Positions 35,101 to 48,600 of a stretch of 64,000 bases of DNA are shown in pieces. Numbering within the stretch: the first letter of the stretch is position 1; each line of letters starts with the position of its first letter. Under the pieces are notes generated by a model, which did no database searches, was not told the origin of the DNA, and saw only the letters and a program-made list of their open reading frames with translations. The stretch is from Heteronotia binoei (taxonomy: Eukaryota), in assembly GCF_032191835.1 (NCBI RefSeq), contig NC_083242.1, positions 558,001 to 622,000 of the forward strand, read 5' to 3'. Position numbers and translations under genes: made by a program.

Positions 35101-37281
35101 CAAGGGCTTGGGGACGGAAGGCAGTTTCTGCACCCCACCCTTTCTGTTCTTTGCCCCAGCCGTGCCCCCTGGCATCAGCCAAGGCTTGAGCTTGGAGGGT
35201 CCTCTGGGGGGGGGGCATTTCTGCCCCTCCGGTGCCCCACAGCAGCCTCGGACATCCACGGTCCTGAGGGGCTAAAGCCTCAGCCGCTGGCTTCCTTCCC
35301 CCAGGACTTGCCCAAGACCACAGCAGAGCACTGGGGGGGGGGGGGGGGGGACAGGGCATGCAGAAAATGCTGATTTTTTTATTTCAAGGACAGCACCAAA
35401 CGTTAAAATGCTTGCAGAACCAAAAAGAACTTCAGCGCTGAAGTCTGCTCACTGTTCTCTTCTCCACTCACTGTTCACTGTTCTCTTCCCCATTTCCCCC
35501 CAGAATGCCACCTGGTTCTGTTTTAAATGGGCACATAAACAGCCGGACACAAAACTTCCACCAGCTCTCACTCCTGGTCACCCAGGCCTGGGGTTGTAAC
35601 ATCCATCCCACTGAAGAGGGTGTTTCGCACCTGCATGGGATCCTCGTGGGGGGGGGGTGTCTGCCTGGGACTGCATTTCCACAGAGCCTGGAGGACAGCC
35701 CCCGCCTGGTGCAGCGGTCCCATCTCTGCTCTCTCCCTTACGATTCAGGGCCTCCTGTTTGTGGTGTTGAGTCACCCGTGTGCCAAGGAGGAGGAGGTGT
35801 GCAGTAGCCCTGCTTTCCAGCTGGTTGCGTTCAACCCCAAGACGGCCAGGAGTGTCGAGGTGATGGTCGCATCCCTCCCTTCGGGACTCCAAGGAAGGCA
35901 AGTGCAATCCCTGGCGGAGGCCGTAGAACAGAGGGCCGCCCAGAACTCTCTGGCAGAGGGAGGCCTTCCTCCCCCACCCGCCCCGGAGATTCATTTGGGA
36001 AAAGTGGGCCTGCAAAAGCTGGCTGCGCTCTGCTCTCACCACTGGGCAGCTTGTTATGGCGAATGCTGCGCCCTCTTCCTGTGGGCATTGTGATCTGCAG
36101 TTTCCGGGGCTTTGTTTAGGCGCAAGGCAGAAAGCTGAAGGGCACGTGTTCCTGCCCAAGGAGATAGTAATGGGTTCTGTTACTGAAAGCCCGTGAAACA
36201 TTTTGGAGAGCTGATGGAAGCTCTTTTCTTCTTGAGGGTGGATCAGAGAAGCCGGCCTTGTACCTGCAGCCTTGAGGGTGTCAGAACGGTTCGGCCTCGA
36301 GTGCGGAAAGGCGACTTTTGTCCCAAGACAGGGAGGATCTTCTCCTACACAAGCCCCCACAAAACAAGCAAGAACTCTGCCAGCAGGGCCTTGGCGAAAG
36401 GCTTATTCGCTTCAGGGGGGCTTGTGCCGGGAGAACTTCCTGCCGGGGCGGGGGGTGGCAGCCATTGTGACCCAAGGGCCTGGGGACAAAAAGCCTCCAC
36501 ATCCCAGAGCAGTTGAGCTGTGGATCCCAGAGCTGGGAGGCAACATCGGGGGAAGGCCTTGAGCTCGCTGCCCTCCGAGTTGGACCTCCAGGGAAGTGGT
36601 TTGGCCACTGCATGAAACAGGATGCCGGACTAGGTGGCCTCACACTGGTCAGGTCCAGCAGGGCTCTTCTGTTCATGTAGTAGAACACTGGTGTCCTAAT
36701 TGTGGCTCAAGACAGCTTACAGTAATAGTTGAAAACATTTCCACTTTAAAATATTGCCTTCTCTGCAGAAATAGCCTCCAGTTCACTTTTGGCTGTGCTG
36801 TTTCCACCAAGCGTTTGGTGCCGTTCCCAAAGCGCTTGCTTTTTGTCTGAGTTACAGTCTGTGTCGTTGCAGTCCTGAGTGTAAAGGCAGAAGACAGGCA
36901 TAGCCTGAGAGGACCTGTAGTGGCTCAGTCCCTCTTCCAGGGGCAGAATGCAGGCTGCCACTGTTGAGAGGACCAGAGTAAAAGCAAACAAACATGAGAA
37001 CAGCTTCCCCATCTGCCTTTGTTTTTGCTGCTAGGTACCTGGAGGGGGACGTGCGGGACACCTGTGCTGCAGCCGTGCTGGCCTCCGGAGTCATCGCTGT
37101 GTGGGACCTGCCCAGGGGAGAGTGCACGGCTCTGCTGCCCCCCAGTGCCGAGGGGAGCTGGTCTCTCGTCAGGTGGTCACTCACAGACAGGTGTCTGCTG
37201 GCTGGCCAGACAGATGGCAGCGTCTGGATCTACGCAGCCAGGCCGGGTTCTGGCCCAGAGCACGAGAGCTCCTGGGCTTGA
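26112..37281 (+). CDS. PALB2: Partner and localizer of BRCA2, 13 exons, about 1104 aa
   Basis: Exons 26112-26144, 28086-28145, 28308-28407, 28830-30215, 30836-31488, 32131-32214, 32622-32783, 33079-33164, 34189-34338, 34437-34553, 34748-34835, 35749-35897 (GC donor), 37035-37281; sum 3315 nt, in frame. Coiled coil [15 protein letters not shown], Ch[22 protein letters not shown]15-binding [12 protein letters not shown]40 exons. Confidence 0.93.
26399..28030 (+). mobile_element. SINE family A (Squam3-like) expanded to 1.6 kb by internal tandem arrays (13 x 79 bp, then 5 x about 110 bp)
   Basis: One head (GGGAGCCAATCTGGTGTAGCGTTTAAG); TCTTATCTGG every 79 bp from 26435 to 27383; CTCAGCCCCACCCAC at about 27488, 27598, 27707, 27808 and 27917; one tail (AGAGAAGGGCGGGGTGTAAATCTGCAGTC). 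Confidence 0.9.
33320..33715 (+). mobile_element. SINE family A with duplicated 3' segment (PALB2 intron 8)
   Basis: Head GAGAGCCCGTTTGGGGTAGTGGTGAAG, one 79-bp segment, two copies of the CTCTCAG..CCACCCACCTCACAGGG segment, tail GTATAAATCTGCAGTCTTCTTC. Confidence 0.85.
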
Positions 37282-37508
37282 GCCATTTCCCACCCGGACT
37301 TTTCCTCTGCCACAGACTTTGGGGGCGGGGGTTGGTGAAAGCGGCCCCTGCCCCTGCAGGAACTATCTCTTCAGCTCACTGCCGGTTTAGCTGAATGTAG
37401 ACTGAGCCTGGGGCCTGATCCCCTGGTAGGGCCCACTGGCCTCAGCTCTGCTGTTTGGCTCAAGGTCTGTTTGGTGCCTTCTTCTGGGGAAGACGATTTC
37501 CAGGGACT

Positions 37509-37514
37509 ATTAAA
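37509..37514 (+). terminator. Candidate PALB2 polyadenylation signal ATTAAA
   Basis: Variant hexamer about 230 nt after the stop, followed by T/GT-rich GTTTTTGGTTTTTTG. Confidence 0.5.
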
Positions 37515-38344
37515 CTTTGTTCTAAAAGGAAAAGACTTGTTTTGGTTTTTTGAGATGAAACCAGCTATTCTACTGGTGAACCTTTGCCTGCCTGGTGCGA
37601 AACTGGGCTTGCTGCTTGCCGAGTCCCCTTGCCTACTGGGGGGGAGGGGGGCTTAGCGGTTGCCTGCTTCTTGCGGGAAAAACCCTTGCGGACTGGGGGG
37701 GGGGCAGAGCCTGGGGGAGGACAGGGACCTCAGTGGGGCACAATGCCCCAAGCACCCCTTTCCCCCAGAGGGAGTGGGGCAGGGAGGGGATGAAGGAGAA
37801 GCCTAATCCAGCCAAGTTTGAACCCTCAGACTTTACTCCCAAGTTCTGTTGCACCTTTTTTTTTTTAACCCCAGTTCCTGTTCGCTGAAGCACAGATTCT
37901 GGGCTCAGCGCTTCTCTTGTGACCTCCCTGAAATGTCAGCACAAAGCTGGGGCTGCCTGGCCAGCTGGGGGAGGGGCCCTGACTTCCTACGCCCCCCTTA
38001 CTCTCTCCAGCCCCCGGGAGGCCTTCCCCAGACAACGTCCAGCTGCACCCCTTGGCCGATCTATCCACCCACCCGTCCATCATCATCTATCGATCAGGCA
38101 GTCCTCTTTCAGCCAGGCTGCAGCATGTGCTTTCTTGGGAGGGGTGGGGCCTCGTGCTTGCCAACCCCTCCCCTGCCACAGGAGGGCAGAGGCGGCCCAG
38201 GAGCGGCTGGGGTCTGGAGGTCCCGCCGGGAGGCTGGCATCCCCTTGTGACACGCAGCTGTTCCCTGCAGAGTGCGACGGGCTCCTGGGCATGCGCAGAG
38301 CGCAGCCGCGGAGGGGGCGTGGCGCAGTTGAGGCCGCGTTCTGA

Positions 38345-40628
<2,284 letters not shown>

Positions 40629-41171
40629 ATACTTGTCAAGCTGAGCAGGTAGGAAGGAGCCGTGGGGTGGGGCGTGTTCAGACCCACAGCAAGGGGTTGG
40701 GGTGGCCGGAAAGGGGCTTCTCTGTCTGCCTGTTTGCCCCCCATACGGGATCGTTCAGAGATGCAGCAGAGGGAGCGGATTGGTTGAAACTGGAGTCATG
40801 GTCTTCTCAAGGTGCAGCTTGGCTCACTTGCTTGAGCAGCTGTGGGCAGCCTTGAAGCTGGTGCTGAGGAGGGGCTTGGGGTGGTGAGGGGAGGGGGGTA
40901 TCTCCACCTGGTAGGATTTGGGGGCCAGCGGGCTTTCAGCAGGGGGCTTGTGTGTGTTTTAAAATTGTTTCTGACTTTCTCGCCTTCTGTCCTTCTCTCC
41001 TGCAGGCAACTCTGTTCTCCTGGAGGGTGTGGAGGTTGTCCACGGGGTGGGGGTGTGCTGGTGAGCAAAGCACACCCCCCCACACACACACAGCTATCCC
41101 TGTTGCTCTCAGACGACCGGTTGTACGTGGTTGTAATTTAAAGCTTTATAAATATCTATGTTGATTTTCAG

Positions 41172-41177
41172 AATAAA
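41172..41177 (+). terminator. NDUFAB1 polyadenylation signal AATAAA
   Basis: About 170 nt into the UTR exon starting at 41006. Confidence 0.7.
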
Positions 41178-42622
41178 TCTGTGACCGGACTTGCCTGCTT
41201 CCTTCTGGTGGCTCCAAACATGCCCGCCTTCCCTTCTCCAGCAGGGAATAAAAGCCCTCCTCCTCTGCTTGCTTGTGTGACTGTTGAATGTGGGGGGGAG
41301 TAGTGAAAGGGGTCCAGAGCAGGCAGCAGAAGACCTGAGTTCGAATCCTTGCTTAGCCATGGGGAAGAAGGGCGAATTAATGCACCCCTTATCCTCACCT
41401 GCTTTCCGGCATAAAAGAAGGCGAGACCTCAGGAAAAAGGGAGGGGGAAGCCAGTTGTGGGGGCTCCTGCTTTTACTCCCACCTGTGAAGGAGACCACCA
41501 CGTCCCCCCACAAGCAGGAGATGCAAGCCCTGTCCTGGTTCTGCCCAGCCCTTGGTCTGCGGGGGCAGTGGTGTCTGTGCTTATCAGGTCTCTTCTGGAT
41601 TTTGGCTTCTCTGCTTAAGCAGCTCTGCTGAAACTTTGCTGAAGGCCCCCCCCGCCCCCCCCTTGCAAGCCAGGCTCTCAGCTGCCCTGCATTAAAGAAA
41701 GATCTCCAAGGAACAAAGGAGGCTCCTTTGGGAGGGGAGGGGGCTTTCCCTCCCTCCCTCCTTCCCCCCCCCCACGTGCCTACTTGGGTCATGGCCCAGG
41801 GAGGGGTCAGGTTTGGGTGCCTCCTGATGGGTCTGTAAAAGGGACACCTGCCCTTCCTCAAGGTGGGGGCTTTTAGGAATTGGGGGATAGACTGTGGTTG
41901 CCAAGTCCAGGTTGAACAACAGCTGGAGGTTTGGGAGTGGGATTTGGGGAGGGGACACACTTCCGAGAGGTCCGTTGCCCAAAGCAGCCACTGCAGGCCT
42001 GAGCGCCCTTGTGGTTGTGGGAGACCTGCCCCTTCCCCCCGCCTGCCTGCTGGCCACCTCGAGAGACCTGGTGGGGGAGTTCTTTATTATTATTATTATT
42101 AAATTTTATTTGTATCCCGCCCTCTCCGCCTGGGCAGGCTCAGGGCGGCTAACAACATTCAGGGGGTTCTGGGGGGCAGGGAGGGAGGATACATAAAAGG
42201 CGCCTCTTTTCTTGGAGGGTTTCAGGTGCAGGAGAGACCTGGGCAGGGGCTGAGAGGAGCTGCCCTTCCCCTCCAGGGCTGGATAGCCGGGGGAAGGGGT
42301 GTGTGGAGAGGGAGCGATTGTCCTGGCCTGCCTCTGGGAAGCCCCCTGCCCGGGTGGGTCTCCCCCGCGCCCCGCTTGCTCTGAGGAGGGGAGGGAGGGG
42401 GGCTTGTGGCCTGGAGCTGGCGGGATCCCCGGCGCGTCTTGGGGGTGGGGGGCGGCTGGGGGGCCGGACTGGGCAGCAGCAGAGTCGCGGGGGGGGGGGG
42501 GCGAGGCTGCGCTTGCGGCGAGCGGGCGGAGGGGGGCGGGCGGGCTCTGCTGGCGGCGGGGCTGGGCGAGGCGAGGCGGCGGCGGGGCGCGGGGAGGCCG
42601 GAGCGGCGACGGGGCGCGCAGC

Positions 42623-45600
42623 ATGGGCGGCCGCCTCTTGCCGCTGCTGGTGCTGCTGGGCGCCACAGGTAAGAGCCGACGGGGCGGGCAGCGGGGGGCG
42701 CTGCGGCTGCTGGGGGGCGGGGGTGCCGGTGCCCTTCGTCTCCGCGGCCAGCTTGGGGCGACGCCAGGCGCGGCACAGGCCCTCGACGCCCCACGGGGAC
42801 CCACCGGCACGTGGCCCCGATCCGCGAGTGCCCGCCCCCCGCCTTCCGAGGCTCCTTTGGCGCCCCTGGGGGAAGGAGGGCTCTGCCTTCGCTGGGCATG
42901 TGCGGGGGGGAGCGCGCCCTCCCTAGTCCCGGCGCCCCCCCACCTGGCCAAGCCCCCCCCCCCCAAGTGGCGCCTTCCCTGCGGGCAAGCAGACGGCGAG
43001 TGCCAGGAGCCCCCTTTGGGCTGGGGGGACTCGTGAGGGCAGCCAGTCGGGCTCCTGGCCGCTCCGCCCGCCTTTTCTGCCCCCCCCCCCCCCCCGGCCA
43101 GGGAAGAGGCGGCCCCGCTGTCCACGGTGCGGCTGGGGGTCCCTTCTTTCGCACCCAGCGCTTGGAGCTCTTCTGGGGCAGGGCGGGCGCTCCTCCAGTC
43201 CCACAACCGGCGGCGGACGGGGCGTCCCACTGGGCGGGGGAACCTGGTCCCAGAGAAAGGCATGCGGGGGTCAAGCCCTCCCCCGCTCCCGGGACCTTCT
43301 TCCAGAGGGGGATGTGCCCCTGACGGGACTCGAACCAGATCCGGCACGGCCTGCTTGGGGCTGCCAGAGAGGCACTCTGCACGTGGCCCTTTCCCCCTCC
43401 TCCCCGGAGGGCATCTCCATCGGGTGGGGGGGGGGGTGAGTGTGCTGCGGGTGGCCTTGGGAGGAAAAACACGCGGGGAGGGAGGGGGGGCTTGTGCTCA
43501 GCTGGGGTCTTCTTGTCTGGTGCTGGCCTTGTGATGAATGCGGGGCGGGGGGGGGGGTCTGGCTTGGGCCTACCTTGTGACATGCACAAGGGGAGTCCTT
43601 AGAACAGGCTGGGGGGGGGGGGGCTCCAGATTCCAGCTGGCTTTTCTCAGTAATTAGCCCCCCTCCCCGCATCCATGAAGGGCCCTGAACCCAGTGCGGG
43701 GGGGGGGGGGGCGCTGAGCCCAGGTCTTGGGTTGAGGGCTGAGGGTCCCAGGACTGTCAGACTGGCACTCTGTGCCCACCTCTTGGATGGGGCTGTCTCT
43801 CTTCTCCTGGGCCCCTGAGTTCAGTGCCAGCTTTGCCCTGGTTCAGCTGGAGGCAGGGCTGGCAGAAGGCTGTGGAGGCCGATCCCCTTCTCCCCCTGGC
43901 CCCAGGCAAGCCTATCCAGGGAGGAGTGGCCTGTTTATTTCCCCCTTTGGAATAAAGGAGTCCCTCTCGCTTCCCGTGGGCACCCTCCCCTTCTCCCCTG
44001 CCCAGGCCAAGGGGGCACCATTCAGGCTGGCCCTTCCAGGGCAACCGTGAGGGGGGGGGGTCATTGCTTCATGCTGAAGCAGGACCCAGTTTGGCTTGGG
44101 GGCTATTCAGTGCACAGAAGACGAGATGCCCCAGCCCTTAGGAATGGAAGCATTCAGGTTTGCTGGCTCTTCATATATGAACATCTGAAGCTGCCTTCTA
44201 CTGAATCAGACCCCCCTGGGTCCATCAAAGTCAGTATTGCCTACTCAGACTGGCAGCTGCTCTCCAGGGTCTCCAGCTGAGGTTTTTCACGCCTGCTTGC
44301 CTGGACCCTTTTGAGTTGGAGATGCTGGGGATTGAATTTGGGACCTTCTGCTTGCCAAGCAGATGCTCTGCCACTGAGCCACCATCCCTCCCTTCGTCCA
44401 GGGCCAGCTGGGAGAGGGAGAAGGGGCAGCTTCTTGCCTCATTCCAGATGACTGAAGAGCAGCAGCCCGTAAGACTCTGGAGGGCCTTGCCTGGGTGCCT
44501 GCCTCAGTCCTTTGTCGCACGGGGATGCCCAGAGCCCTGCTGGCTTCTCCACCGGCCAGGGGAGTGGGGGGTTTAGAGCTGCGGTGTGTGTGAGTGGGGG
44601 GGGCATTCTGAATCCTGCCCTGGGCTATGGGTGGTTTCTGCAGGTGAACTCATTTGGGGGCAGTGCGGAGAGTCCTTCCACAAACATCAGTGCCTGCTTG
44701 GCATGATCAAGGCCACCCAAGGGTGCTCCGCTCTGCCCTGTTGAGCTCCTGCTGCATCCTGTGCCCCTTTTGGAGCAGAGACGGGGGGGGGGGGTTGCCA
44801 GCTGCCCTGGATCCACTGGTGTCAAAGGGACCGGCAGCAAGTGCCCGCGTGTGCCCAGAGAAAGCCCGTTGCCATGGAGATGCAGGGCTGGTGATGCAGT
44901 CTCTTCTCTCTCTCTCTCCCGCCTCCCTCCCTCCCTGTGGGTTGCTCCTAACGATAGTGGCAGTTTAATGTAATTAGGCTTCTCTTGAGTTTGGCAGCAC
45001 TAGGAGGGTGACGCCAAGCCCAGCTTCCGGAGAGGGCCAAGAACACCCCCCACACACACACATACACACTCACATAGGCCGGAGATGCTTCTCCCAGAAG
45101 CAGAGAGTGATTTTGGTTTTTAATTATTTTAATTTATTATATATTTTACCCCCAGAATGGGGTTTGGGGTGGCTGACAGGATCACAATGCAGTAACAATG
45201 CAGGAGTGGCCGTTAACTGAGGAATTCCTTCTTCCTCTGGCATTTGGAAGACAAACAGCACCTGCCCATGAGCAGAGTGCCGTCTGCAGACCAGGTGTCT
45301 GGAGTGGGCTTGTGTGTCCCGCCCTCTCAAGGCCACACGTGGGTCTCTCTGGCGGCACCTCCTGGAATCCAAGCATCACACAGAGAACACTCCCAGTTTG
45401 TGTGCATGTGTGCGTGTGTAGAAGAAGAAGAATTGCAGATTACCCTGCCTTTCTCTCTGAATCAGAGACACAGAGCGGTTCACAATCTCCTTTATCTTCT
45501 CCCCCCCACAACAGACACCCTGTAAGGTGGACAGGGCTGAGAGGGCTCTCCCAGCAGCTGCCCTTTCAAGGACAACTCTGCCAGAGCTATGGATGTCCCA

Positions 45601-48600
45601 AGGCCATTCCAGCAGCTGCAAGCGGAGGAGTGGGGAATCAAGCTCGGTTCTCCCAGATAAGAGAGCTCTGGCTGACCCAAGGCCATTCCAGCAGCTGCAA
45701 GTGGAGGAGGGGGGGAATCCAACCCGGTTCTCCCTGATAAGAGAGCACTGGCTGACCCAAGGCCATTCCAGCAGGTGCAAGTGGAGGAGTGGGGAATCAA
45801 GCTCGGTTCGCTCAGATAAGAGAGCTCTGGCTGACCCAAGGCCATTCCAGCAGCTGCAAGTGGAGGAGTGGGGGATCAAACCCGGTTCTTCCAGATAAGA
45901 GAGCTCTGGCTGACCCAAGGCCATTCCAGCAGCTGCAAGTGCAGGAGTGGGGAATCAAACCCGGTTCTCCCAGATAAGAGAGCTCTGGCTGACCCAAGGC
46001 CATTCCAGCAGCTGCAAGTGGAGGAGTGGGGGATCAAACCCGGTTCTTCCAGATAAGAGAGCTATGGCTGACCCAAGGCCATTCCAGCAGCTGCAAGTGG
46101 AGGAGTGGGGAATCAAACCCGGTTCTCCCAGATAAGAGAGCTCTGGCTGACCCAAGGCCATTCCAGCAGGTGCAAGTGGAGGAGTGGGGAATCCAACCCG
46201 GTTCTCCCAGATAAGAGAGCTATGGCTGACCCAAGGCCATTCCAGCAGCTGCAAGTGGAGGAGTGGGGGATCAAACCTGGTTCTTCCAGATAAGAGAGCT
46301 CTGGCTGACCCAAGGCCATTCCAGCAGCTGCAAGTGGAGGAGTGGGGAATCAAACCCGGTTCTCCCTGATAAGAGAGCTCTGGCTGACCCAAGGCCATTC
46401 CAGCAGCTGCAAGTGGAGGAGTGGGGAATCAAACCCGGTTCTCCCAGATAAGAGAGCTCTGGCTGACCCAAGGCCATTCCAGCAGGTGCAAGTGGAGGAG
46501 GGGAAAATCAAACCCGGTTCTCCCACATAAGAGTCCATGCACTACCCCAAACTGGAGGGGGTAACGTTTGCACCCCAAATCTGGAGGCTGCAGCAGTTTT
46601 CCAGGTGGAGCGTTTTTGCAAACCCCCTTGCTCTGCTTTTCCCTCTAGGGCTGGAGCCTGCTGAGCCGGTGGAGCCAACCCCTCCGCAGCCCCTGAGCCC
46701 CCTCTCCTCTGTCCGAGCCGAGCCCTCCTGGGACCCTACACCTGCCCCCCTTCCTCCCACGTGGCACCTGAAGCTGGCATCCTCCCGGGCTGTGGAAATG
46801 CCCACGGATTCGACAGCAGTGGAGAAGACCTCTGAAGCAGGCCAAAGGGAGCGAGCCGAGCCTCCCACACGCCTAGGGGGCAGCGGGCAGCCCCACCCAG
46901 TTAACTCCGCTGTCACCAAGATGGTGCTTCTTCCCTCCTCCTCCTCTCCTGCAGGTGCCACTGTGCACGGATCCAGCCCTTCCTGGCCTTCGGAAGGGCT
47001 CTCTTCAGAGGGTGCCCCAGGGGGCCGGCAGCTCACAACTCCCTCACAGAGGTCGGGCACCGGAGTGCAAGTGGACGTGCGCCCCCCCATGGCTGAGGCC
47101 CCATGGGCTGCTGGGAAGGCCAATGCACCGGGGGTGGTCCCTGTGCCCCCCTCTCTCAGCCCAGCCAGCAGCCCGAGGATGCAAGTCGAGGGGGCCGAGC
47201 GCCACCATGTTGGGCTCCCGAGGCCTTCTCTGGCTGCAGTGGGGGGGCCGGTCTCAGGAGCTCCCCTCCCGAGTCCCACCAGGTCAGCAGACTCTGCCGA
47301 GACCCTCCAGCAGGCCCCTGCTGCCCTTGCAGAGTTGCTCCACAGGGGGAGCACTGCCCCACAGGTGGTGGGACCCGAGGAGTTTCCCTGGCAACCAGCG
47401 GCCAGCGAGGCCTATGAGGAGTTGGAGAGGAAAACGGGCCTGCCCCCTGCATCTGCCAGGCCCCCCAAGCATTGGTCGACCGTGGGACTTCAGCTGGCTG
47501 CCACAGCCCCTCCAGAGTCCCGGGCTCTCCCCAGATCAAGTGTGGGGCCAGATCTCATGGCAGGGGAGGACACGACTCCAGGAGACTTTCCAGGGAGGGT
47601 GGGTCTCACAGCCCCCTATGGAACGTCGCTGGGGCAGAGGGCCTCTGTGTGGGAATGGGTCTCTGGAGGGGCAGGCAGTGGGTCAAAGACCACCCCCCAT
47701 GTCACCCCTTCCTCTTCTTATGCAGCAGCAGCAGCAACCTCATCCGTGAGCCCAGGCGTTTTCTGCCACCGCTCTGGGCAGGCCCCCAGTGACAGCCCCC
47801 TTGTGGCCAGTCCCAGCTCGCCCTCGAGCCCCGGGGGGCTCTCCACAGACCCCACTGGAGAGGCAGGAGCTTCAGGCACAGGCCGGGAGGCCCTTCAGAC
47901 TTCCACACAAGCCCTACCCACCCTCGGAGCTCCCACCGCCCCTGCCGCTCACCAGTTCACGGAGCCCTTTGGCACCCTGCCGGATCTGGCACAGTCTTCT
48001 CCTGTGCTGGTGCAGCCCCCTCCCAACGGGGTCACGGCGGGGGGAGCCTCTTCCAGCTCAGGCAGGAGCTCAGCTGCTGGCACAGAGAGAGCGGGCTTCT
48101 CTTCAGCCTCTCCGGAGAGACGCCCAACAGGGGCACCACAGGACGGCTTCCCTTGGGAGGCAGCCTCCAGCCACGCCAGCCCACCTGCGGGAGAAACCAC
48201 GGCAACGGTCCCCCAGGCCCTGGGGACGCAGGAGCCCAGACCCAGGAGGCCTCCCAGCCCAACTGCGTTTGCTGCCTGGACCCCAGGGGAGGAGTCAACT
48301 CACCCCAGGCTCTCCTGGCTTCCGTTCCAGCCAGCACTTTTCTCCAGCCCCCCCTCTGCTGCGGCCGTGCCCCCCAGGCAAGGGGGCGAAACGGGGGGCC
48401 CTGCTCTGATCACCACCCACCCATCGTGGTCGACTCCAGCCGGGACATGGCGGTGGGGCAGGGGGGGCCCTTCGACAGGAACCTTGGTGAGGGCCCCCCC
48501 TCCTTCTCCGCCTCTGCCAACCACAGGAAAGGCCTGGCACACCTGGCCCCCGGCAAGGGGCGACCCGCCCGTCGCCAGCACCTGGCTCTTGGCTCTGGTG

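Noticed and set aside
42106-43589. Long 413-455 aa minus-strand ORFs (also 7108-8664, 32058-33350 and others)
   Set aside because: GC-rich shadow ORFs, Pro/Arg/Gly low complexity, antisense to real exons or CpG islands, with no domain motifs.
44644-44745. Extra exon of the mucin-like gene after TTTCTGCAG
   Set aside because: No convincing donor before an in-frame stop; exon 1 splices in phase directly to 46649.
46537-46648. Met at 46537 as the start of a single-exon 723-aa protein
   Set aside because: The ATG lies at the SINE array edge with no signal peptide; a good acceptor at 46648 and an upstream signal-peptide exon explain the ORF.
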